DNA of 64,000 nucleotides from Micavibrio sp. (GTDB lineage Bacteria; Pseudomonadota; Alphaproteobacteria; Micavibrionales; Micavibrionaceae): NCBI GenBank assembly GCA_030824965.1, contig JAPJQV010000009.1, positions 7,164 to 71,163 of the forward strand, read 5' to 3'. Shown piece by piece: positions 57,842 to 64,000 of this stretch (position 1 is its first letter; each line of letters starts with the position of its first letter). The notes under the pieces were generated by a model. It saw only the letters and a program-made list of their open reading frames with translations, ran no database searches and was not told where the DNA came from. The position numbers and the translations under genes were made by a program.

Positions 57842-59142
57842 GATGCGACTTTCGGGGCGGGAAGGTGAGCTTCGAGAAATACAGGTTCAAGTTCATAGAG
57901 AACCTTCCCCAATACATTTGCTTTGGCTGAGGCAAATTCAAATCCCACGCTTTGCAGATTCGCCAGTTTAGCGGGATCTAGTAAAAGGTCTTTGACAATA
58001 AAAGCGAGATCGTTTTTTTCGGCAACGGATAACGATGCGCCAGCCTTGTCCATTTCATCATATAACTCTTTTGAATTCTGGACGGATGGACCATGTAATG
58101 CCGCGCAACCTAAAAGAGCCGGTTCAATGGGATTATGCCCGCCGCCGCCGTCATGACTGAAGCTCCTGCCAACAACTGCAAGCGGCGCGATTTTATATAG
58201 AAGGCCTAGTTCTCCCATGGTGTCGCAAATATAGACCTGATCGGACGAAGATGGCAGTTTTTTATCGTTTCCACGCAAAACAGGTTTCAGACCTTTGGAC
58301 TCAACCGTCTTCACTATGTCATCACGCCTGTCAGGATGGCGTGGCGCTATAATGGTTATGAGACCGGGAAAATGTCTGTTCAACTCTTTATGAACGTCAC
58401 AAGCCAGTTCTTCCTCTCCGGCATGAGAGCTGGCATAAAGCCAGACTGGACGATCTGCGATAGCATTCTTTAATCTGTCAAAATCGGCCTCATCGACGGA
58501 GAGTGGTTTTGCTGCGTATTTGATATTGTCAGTGACAACCACACTATGGGGCGTAAATTGAGCATAGAATTCCGCATCCTGTTTGCTTTGCGCCAAGATG
58601 ACAAGGAAGGAAGACAAAAGATTGCGGGCAAATTCCGGAGCACGTTTCCAATTGCGAAAAGATTTTGGAGACATGTGAGCGTTAATCAGCGCAGCCGGGA
58701 TATGGCGTTTTTTAATGAAGGTCAGCATAGTTGGCCAGAGCTCGGACTCTGCCCAGAGAGCCATGCTTGGGTTCCAATGGTCAAGAAAAGAACGTATCCA
58801 GTTTGGATGATCGACGGGCGCATATTGGTGAATTGCGCGGTGCGGAAGTTTTTGTGCAAGAATACCGGCAGAGGTTTTGGTTACGCTGGTCACCAGAATA
58901 TTTAACTGCTTGTTCTGGTCGAGCATTAAATGCACGAGACTCATAACCGATTGCGCTTCGCCTACGCTGGCCACATGAATCCAGATCAGTGGACCGGAAG
59001 GACGAGGGAGGGACGCGATACCTTTTCGTTCATGCAAACGTTCGGGATCTTCTTTGCCTTTTCTGACACGGTGCGACAAAATCGATTTCAGCACAGGGGT
59101 GCCTAAAATCATTGTCTTTTTATATATCCAGAAAGGGTCCAT
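57838..59142 (-). CDS. waaA: 3-deoxy-D-manno-octulosonic acid (Kdo) transferase
   Basis: GPLIWIHVASVGEAQS motif and GT30 C-terminal domain; 434 aa; 4-nt overlap with lpxK. Confidence 0.9.
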   Translation of the reverse strand: MDPFWIYKKTMILGTPVLKSILSHRVRKGKEDPERLHERKGIASLPRPSGPLIWIHVASVGEAQSVMSLVHLMLDQNKQLNILVTSVTKTSAGILAQKLPHRAIHQYAPVDHPNWIRSFLDHWNPSMALWAESELWPTMLTFIKKRHIPAALINAHMSPKSFRNWKRAPEFARNLLSSFLVILAQSKQDAEFYAQFTPHSVVVTDNIKYAAKPLSVDEADFDRLKNAIADRPVWLYASSHAGEEELACDVHKELNRHFPGLITIIAPRHPDRRDDIVKTVESKGLKPVLRGNDKKLPSSSDQVYICDTMGELGLLYKIAPLAVVGRSFSHDGGGGHNPIEPALLGCAALHGPSVQNSKELYDEMDKAGASLSVAEKNDLAFIVKDLLLDPAKLANLQSVGFEFASAKANVLGKVLYELEPVFLEAHLPAPKVAS

Positions 59143-59218
59143 TTTGTTCGTCTTGGGTCAAAAAAATCAGGCCCGAGCATAGAGCCTGATCTTTGGAAAA
59201 CCAATCACGAATTCATGA

Positions 59219-60172
59219 TTAGGGTGATTTTGCACAAACCAGCTTGCCATTCTTTTCAACGGCTTCACAACCATCATTAGGGCAGGAAATAGTTGTCAGA
59301 TTAGTGTTTTGCGGCCAAGGGACATTCAACTCCTTACCGGGCCAGCATTTATCGCCACCGGCCTGAGTTGGGCAAAGATCTTGGCCGGAATCGTTCTTTA
59401 ATGTTGAAATAACGCTATAGGGTTCTGTCATACAGCGTCTTAAGTCAACTTTGTTGTAGCCCGGCAGGTTCGGTCCGGGAGCTGAAGCGGTTCCCATTGT
59501 ATCCTGCTGAGCCTGAGAAAACTTGAAAAGGCCGGTTGTATCTTTGGTGTCGTCTTTGCCCTGGCAAGACTGAACCTGACCGCTTGAATCCACATATTTA
59601 CGCGATTCTTTGGCATTACCTGTTGCGCCGGCTTCCGTTAATGAAGGCAAATTCCCACCGGCGAAGTTTCCGCATTGGGCGGTTTGCCAATATTTGCTCA
59701 TTTCCTCGCATTCGAAATCGGAGCTTGCGGTCGGTTTGCTGGTGTCTTTAGAAGTTGAGTTGCCGTTATTCACCGGGCCTACGAACTCGTTTACAATATT
59801 TGCGTTATCGGCAACATCTTCTTCGAATTTATCTTTGCTGGTGGAGCTGCCGCTGCTCTCGTCGAGGCCGAGTTTATCCATCGTAACGCCCAACTGTTTT
59901 TTGTAACAGGTTTGGTCAAAAATCGAATTCGGGGCTGTAATAATGGTTTGATTTACGTAGTTTTCACGCTGCGCTTCCATCCACGCTTTTTGTTTCATGC
60001 GTTCAAAGACATCCGCATCACATACAGGATCGGCAACGGAGCTATTATTGGAGCCGCTATTTGTGGAACTGCCAGAATTACCAGGCAAAAGAATGTTGGA
60101 TGTCGCAAAGGCCGGGGTAGCCAACGCAAGCAGAGCGGCCAGAGCCAGTGGAATAATTTTTTGAGACGCCAT
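59219..60172 (-). CDS. secreted Cys/Ser/Asn/Gly-rich hypothetical protein (318 aa from ATG 60172)
   Basis: Signal peptide MASQKIIPLALAALLALATPAFA; about 16 Cys; low-complexity S/N/G tracts; no known motif. Confidence 0.5.
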   Translation of the reverse strand: MASQKIIPLALAALLALATPAFATSNILLPGNSGSSTNSGSNNSSVADPVCDADVFERMKQKAWMEAQRENYVNQTIITAPNSIFDQTCYKKQLGVTMDKLGLDESSGSSTSKDKFEEDVADNANIVNEFVGPVNNGNSTSKDTSKPTASSDFECEEMSKYWQTAQCGNFAGGNLPSLTEAGATGNAKESRKYVDSSGQVQSCQGKDDTKDTTGLFKFSQAQQDTMGTASAPGPNLPGYNKVDLRRCMTEPYSVISTLKNDSGQDLCPTQAGGDKCWPGKELNVPWPQNTNLTTISCPNDGCEAVEKNGKLVCAKSP

Positions 60173-60303
60173 ACAACCCTCTCTATCGCAAACCCGTATT
60201 TTTACCATCATAGCAAAAAAATGGAATTTGTCATGCCCGTTTCGCCGGACTTAATTTCTAATAGTTTACCTGAAAGAAGGGTAAAAAAGCAAAGAAGTAA
60301 GGT

Positions 60304-60519
60304 TTATGAATCCAGATCGATGTCCAGAATCGCCATATTGAAGTCGTATGCCAGTTCACCTTCGTCTTCGTCTTTATAGATGACGCCCAGAAATTCCCCG
60401 TTTAAAAGCACTTCCAGAGAATCTGCCGTCTGACGGGAGCGCAAAGACAAACCGGGGTTGCCGAATTTCTTTTGCAGGTATTTCTCTAATTTTGTTGTTT
60501 CGGTTTTATCAAAGCCCAT
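60304..60519 (-). CDS. DUF3126-family small protein
   Basis: 71 aa, LEKYLQKKFGNP ... DSLEVLLNGEFLGVIYKDEDEGELAYDFNMAILDIDL matches the alphaproteobacterial DUF3126 pattern. Confidence 0.7.
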   Translation of the reverse strand: MGFDKTETTKLEKYLQKKFGNPGLSLRSRQTADSLEVLLNGEFLGVIYKDEDEGELAYDFNMAILDIDLDS

Positions 60520-60542
60520 TTTTACCTCTTTTGCGGCTTACC

Positions 60543-61325
60543 CTAAACTGCCGCCGGATTTTGCACAAGGGGAGAGGCAACGATTTCCCAAACCCTTTTT
60601 GACAGGTTTTTGCGATCCTCATTTGGATCTATATTTAAAACAGGGTGAAATGTTACTTCGAGGCGCGCGCCACGCAATTTGATAAAGTTTATCATGTGCG
60701 CCCCCATGGAGATGGGGTTATCCCGGTCCCAGGCATAAATGTCTTTCAGTTCCTTTGTAGTCGCTTCCTTTCCATCGACTTTTAAAAGCCGGATCGTAAA
60801 AGGCTGAATTTTCAGTCCGCTCCCTGCATATTCCAGGGGGAGGGAAAACAAAGAGGATTTGAAGTCAAGAACCGTATCTCCCCGCGTAGACGTGCCTTCC
60901 GGGAAAAGGATAATGTTTTTTCCCTCGTCGATCATGCTTTTTACATTGTTGCGTACAACGCCGGCCTGTCTGGCGTCACGGCTAATGAAAGCAGTTTGTT
61001 GGAGGCGGCATAAAAAACCGACGATCGGCCATCTTGCCAGATCTTCTTTGGCAACAAAGGACGCAGGAAGAATGCTGCCAAGAATAAAAATATCGAAATG
61101 TGAGAGGTGATTTCCAACAAAAAAAACCTGATCTCTATGCGAGGGATGGTCAGTAATCTCGAATTTCAATTCGAAAATCCGGCATAGAAATCCATGCCAT
61201 ATTGCAGGGATGATATAGGCAGTTTTCCCCTTGGCAAATAAAAGAACCATATATTGCGCAGGAATTAGCAACAGGGATATAAGTATAACCGATATCAGCT
61301 TTAAACCGGCTAAGCATGAACGCAT
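60543..61325 (-). CDS. olsA: lysophospholipid acyltransferase (PlsC family); by context lyso-ornithine-lipid O-acyltransferase
   Basis: H-x4-D box (NHLSHFD) and FPEGTSTRGD block; directly downstream of an OlsB-type gene. Confidence 0.7.
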   Translation of the reverse strand: MRSCLAGLKLISVILISLLLIPAQYMVLLFAKGKTAYIIPAIWHGFLCRIFELKFEITDHPSHRDQVFFVGNHLSHFDIFILGSILPASFVAKEDLARWPIVGFLCRLQQTAFISRDARQAGVVRNNVKSMIDEGKNIILFPEGTSTRGDTVLDFKSSLFSLPLEYAGSGLKIQPFTIRLLKVDGKEATTKELKDIYAWDRDNPISMGAHMINFIKLRGARLEVTFHPVLNIDPNEDRKNLSKRVWEIVASPLVQNPAAV

Positions 61326-61336
61326 CGAATAATTCT

Positions 61337-62209
61337 CTAGGCTGTTATTTTTTCAGAACGATTGAGAATTTCAGGCAGTTTTTCAGCAAACGCGCTTTTC
61401 TTTGGCATAGGGCGTTCGTTTAGTCTTTCCCAATGTTTCAGATAGCGTTCGGCTAAAGCATAAGTAGGCATGACGATACAAACATCTATTGTATTGAACT
61501 GATGGTCGATATAAGCGCCATTGCCGATCATGGCCCCAATGCGCAAATAGCCTTTAATCAATGAAGGCAAAGACTGAAAAACAGCTTTCTGGTCAAGCGC
61601 TTCTTTTGGATATCGGTTCATCTCGACGCATCGTCCAGGTAATCCGGTCGGACAGAGTTCTTTTGGTGCTTTGTGAAAATGGTAAAGATAGGCGAGTTGT
61701 TTTTGAATGGCATCGACATCAGTCCCATGAAAACTTGCGCAGCCAAACATAAGGTCGATGTTATGATCCGTAACATAGGCAGTAATGCCTTGCCACATTC
61801 GTTGCAGCATCTGACGGGTCCTATATTCGGATAAGATGCAAGATCTGCCTAATTCAAGTAGTTTGCCCCCGCATGTAAGAAACGGCATAATATCAAATTC
61901 GCCCGATGTATAAAAACTTTGACCGGAGGGAATTCGGTCCTGACGTATCAGGCGATAAGTGCCGATAATATATTCTTCCGGTTTGGAACCGCGTGCCGGG
62001 TCGATGGCAATCAGATGGTCTGCCATGTCATCATATTTGTCGAAGTCGCGTTTTTCACGCGCCGCCGTGTTAGTCGGAACTGCGCCGCATTCTTCATAGA
62101 ATACTTCATAGCGTAGCTTCTGTGCGGCGAAGATTTCATCGGAATTTTTGGCTAATCGAACGGAAACGCTTTCCGGTGCAGGACCAAGGTCCGGGATATG
62201 CTGTAACAT
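61337..62209 (-). CDS. olsB: GNAT-family N-acyltransferase, ornithine lipid synthase OlsB-type (290 aa from ATG 62209; ORF-track start is TTG 62227)
   Basis: Length and sequence (RYEVFYEE ... GTYRLI ... ELGRSCI) match the hemolysin-like OlsB family. The ATG at 62207-62209 has an AAAGGA SD 5 nt upstream. Confidence 0.7.
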   Translation of the reverse strand: MLQHIPDLGPAPESVSVRLAKNSDEIFAAQKLRYEVFYEECGAVPTNTAAREKRDFDKYDDMADHLIAIDPARGSKPEEYIIGTYRLIRQDRIPSGQSFYTSGEFDIMPFLTCGGKLLELGRSCILSEYRTRQMLQRMWQGITAYVTDHNIDLMFGCASFHGTDVDAIQKQLAYLYHFHKAPKELCPTGLPGRCVEMNRYPKEALDQKAVFQSLPSLIKGYLRIGAMIGNGAYIDHQFNTIDVCIVMPTYALAERYLKHWERLNERPMPKKSAFAEKLPEILNRSEKITA

Positions 62210-62320
62210 GTATCCTTTACCGCCCAAGCCTTACGGGGCGGGGCTTTTGCCAGCATCCTATTCATTCTCGCAGTTGCGTCAAGAAAACAATCGAAATTTA
62301 TAGGCTTATTAACTGTAAAC

Positions 62321-62397
62321 TGGCGTTCCCGACAGGATTTGAACCTGTGGCCTTCAGTTTAGGAAACCGACGCTCTATCCACCTGAGCTACGGGAAC
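62321..62397 (-). tRNA. tRNA-Arg (anticodon CCT)
   Basis: Manual cloverleaf fold: acceptor GTTCCCG/CGGGAAC, D stem GCTC/GAGC, anticodon loop TTCCTAA, T loop TTCAAAT, discriminator G, encoded CCA; 77 nt. Confidence 0.85.
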
Positions 62398-62405
62398 AAA
62401 GATGA

Positions 62406-63548
62406 TTACCGGATGTAGATCTGAACTTCGCTTGATGTCGCGTCGGAGCTTGGGGCTGTTGAGATGTCAATCTGATCGCCCGGGACACCCATTTCAGTCA
62501 TGCTGCGTAATACTTTTTCGGCATTGCGTCGGGCTTTTGTGTTTTCAATCGCCATTTGAGCCGTATTGCCAACACTTGGGTGGACCGCCACAACTTCATA
62601 ACGGGCATTGGGGTATTTCGCCATCGCTTCATTCATGCCCATATAAAGAGCTTGCTGGTAATTTACATTCGGACGGTCAAAGCGTATTTTTGCCAAAGGC
62701 CGAGGATTGCTTGGAGCCGGAGGCGCTGCAGGAGTGGCTGCTGCAGCTTGCTGTAGAATATTTGATTCCTTCGCTACTGAAGAAAAAGGGCGGTTGGCCA
62801 AATTTTTTCCGTATAGATCGCCATTTGAGACGGCAAGCGTCAATGTGCGGAGATTATTGCGCTCCGTATTGAGATAGGCGGAAGTTCTTGAAGTGTCGTC
62901 GCTGATATTGTTTTGCAGGCGATCGATAACGGTGACCGTATTATTTATGCTGTCTTCCATCTGTGCCAGCAATACATGATCTTCTTCGACCGCGCCTGTC
63001 AAACCGTAAGCTGCGCGCGTTCCTTCTAAAAGGAAAGATGCCATTGAGGAAGCGTTCGCGGCTTCAATTGATAAATCGTTCAGGCGTTGCGCATTGTTTT
63101 CAAGCTGATCCAGGCTTGATTGAGCGGTTGAAAGGCGCTGTAACAGGCGTGGATTGCCGGGTGTTGTACCTGATTGCAACTGTGTGCTAATTGTCGCGAC
63201 GCTCGCATAGTATTCTGCGGAAGTCGTTTGATTGGTTTTCTGGAGAGTTAGCAGCTTTTGCGAAATGTTGCCGACGGTTGACTGCAGTCCGGTAAGATCG
63301 CGCTGAATTTCGTTTATCTTGCGCGAAACCATCGTGCTGCCCTGTTCATAATACGAGCCAAGTAATTGATTGGGCGTAATAACAGGGGATGGAACGGGCT
63401 TGGCATATACTTGGCTTGCCAATGAAGCGGGAAGGGGATCGTTGCTGACGATTAAAGCGGGCGTGCGCGCAAGAGCTGGCGTTGCGGCGGCTATCACAAA
63501 AACTGACGCAGATAGAACCAATGTCGATAAAAAAGGTGACTTTAACAT
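62406..63548 (-). CDS. exported hypothetical protein with a central coiled-coil/Q-,N-,T-rich region (380 aa)
   Basis: Signal peptide MLKSPFLSTLVLSASVFVIAAATPALA; heptad-like segments; C-terminal about 90 aa weakly OmpA/MotB-like. Confidence 0.55.
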   Translation of the reverse strand: MLKSPFLSTLVLSASVFVIAAATPALARTPALIVSNDPLPASLASQVYAKPVPSPVITPNQLLGSYYEQGSTMVSRKINEIQRDLTGLQSTVGNISQKLLTLQKTNQTTSAEYYASVATISTQLQSGTTPGNPRLLQRLSTAQSSLDQLENNAQRLNDLSIEAANASSMASFLLEGTRAAYGLTGAVEEDHVLLAQMEDSINNTVTVIDRLQNNISDDTSRTSAYLNTERNNLRTLTLAVSNGDLYGKNLANRPFSSVAKESNILQQAAAATPAAPPAPSNPRPLAKIRFDRPNVNYQQALYMGMNEAMAKYPNARYEVVAVHPSVGNTAQMAIENTKARRNAEKVLRSMTEMGVPGDQIDISTAPSSDATSSEVQIYIR

Positions 63549-63702
63549 TTCTGAATGATCTCTCTAAAAACTGCCGCCGGATCCCTTAAAGCGGAATCGC
63601 TAAATCTTTGTAACTTATGGAATTGTGACCTTTGATTGTCAAGCGACATATAGGGTTATTCCACATGGAAGAGCGGGATAAAGGGTCAGGTAAAAGGGAA
63701 AA

Positions 63703-63779
63703 TGGCGCACCCGAAGAGGTTCGAACTCCTAACCTCCTGATCCGTAGTCAGGTGCTCTATCCAGTTGAGCTACGGGTGC
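63703..63779 (-). tRNA. tRNA-Arg (anticodon ACG)
   Basis: Manual fold: acceptor GCACCCG/CGGGTGC, D stem GCTC/GAGC, anticodon loop CTACGGA, T loop TTCGAAC, discriminator G, encoded CCA; 77 nt. Confidence 0.85.
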
Positions 63780-63892
63780 GCTTTCTAAAAGTCGCCAGAA
63801 CCTATGCGAAGCCCTTTGAATATGCAAGAGAAAAAAGTTCTTTTTCTATCGTTTTATCGGAAAATAAAAAAGAAGTGCTGAATGTAGGAAAA

Positions 63893-64000
63893 TCAGTCTT
63901 CCAGTTGCAATCCGCTCACAATACTGCCTTCCGAATTTCTTTGCATCGCATCGGTTGCGACATCCAGAACTATATTGAATTCAGATATATCAAGGCTCTT
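63893..64000 (-). CDS. 3' end of a gene continuing beyond the window (C-terminal 35 aa only); product not assignable
   Basis: Open frame on the minus strand from the window edge to a TGA (revcomp TCA at about 63893), ending ...KSLDISEFNIVLDVATDAMQRNSEGSIVSGLQLED. Confidence 0.3.
   Translation of the reverse strand, partial: KSLDISEFNIVLDVATDAMQRNSEGSIVSGLQLED

Noticed and set aside
63780-63892. AT-rich near-palindrome GAGAAAAAAGTTCTTTTTCT downstream of the partial gene, as a terminator
   Set aside because: The stem would be A/T-only and very weak; not convincing as an intrinsic terminator.
1-64000. CRISPR arrays, IS elements/transposases, integrases, rRNA
   Set aside because: No short regularly spaced direct repeats, no DDE/serine/tyrosine recombinase-like ORFs and no rRNA-like conserved stretches were seen on either strand.

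Overview
This 64-kb window appears to be an alphaproteobacterial chromosome segment. Gene content suggests Sphingomonadales, possibly Zymomonas, but this is tentative. GC is roughly mid-40s percent by eye; nothing was computed.

Main blocks:
- 1-2745: the 3' part of a CusA/CzcA-type heavy-metal RND efflux pump.
- 2.7-6.9 kb: an AT-rich accessory module with no integrase. It holds a divergent XRE-family HTH repressor plus ImmA/IrrE-type HExxH metallopeptidase pair, facing a cassette of three unknown small genes (one DUF2188). A membrane-anchored unknown gene follows at 5828-6574.
- 6.8-11.9 kb: a 1696-aa two-partner-secretion (TPS-domain) exoprotein. Its body is built of PbH1/CASH right-handed beta-helix repeats and contains about 2.85 near-identical tandem copies of a 684-bp (228-aa) unit. 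No TpsB partner is visible in the window.
- 11.9-45.4 kb: a roughly 33-kb Wzx/Wzy-type polysaccharide locus on both strands.
  - Priming, export and polymerisation: WbaP-like priming transferase; a composite outer-membrane export pair (456-aa predicted beta-barrel plus a short 189-aa lipoprotein Wza/OPX); Wzc-like co-polymerase/ATPase; Wzy-like polymerase; Wzx flippase.
  - Glycosyltransferases: at least 10 (GT2 x5, GT4 x3, a GT14 Core-2/I-branching-like enzyme, WecB/TagA GT26, and one DXD protein of unknown family).
  - Glycan decoration: a GtrA/GtrB module preceded by two tandem paralogous polytopic GT-C-like membrane proteins, and four acyltransferase-3 (OafA-like) paralogs.
  - Accessory enzymes: galE; a signal-peptide-less pair of SGNH esterase and beta-helix/CBM glycanase-like proteins; a candidate secreted polysaccharide lyase.
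- 45.4-64 kb: core housekeeping genes, all on the minus strand unless noted: uppP, an orphan prepilin-type protein, a DUF892 ferritin-like protein, a Bfd-like small protein, rpsD (plus), trmJ, gltX, nadE, class II DAHP synthase, gor, lpxL-lpxK-waaA (overlapping), a Cys-rich secreted protein, DUF3126, olsA-olsB (ornithine lipid), tRNA-Arg(CCT), an exported coiled-coil protein, and tRNA-Arg(ACG).

No CRISPR array, IS element, integrase or rRNA was seen.

The provided ORF track uses non-ATG starts in places, so several starts were re-evaluated by hand (checked starts include TTG and ATG cases). Coordinates I derived myself may be off by 1-2 nt.

The best candidates for something new are:
- the XRE/ImmA-controlled three-gene cassette;
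- the TPS-beta-helix repeat exoprotein;
- the twin GT-C plus GtrAB plus acyltransferase decoration block;
- the tailspike-like SGNH plus beta-helix pair.
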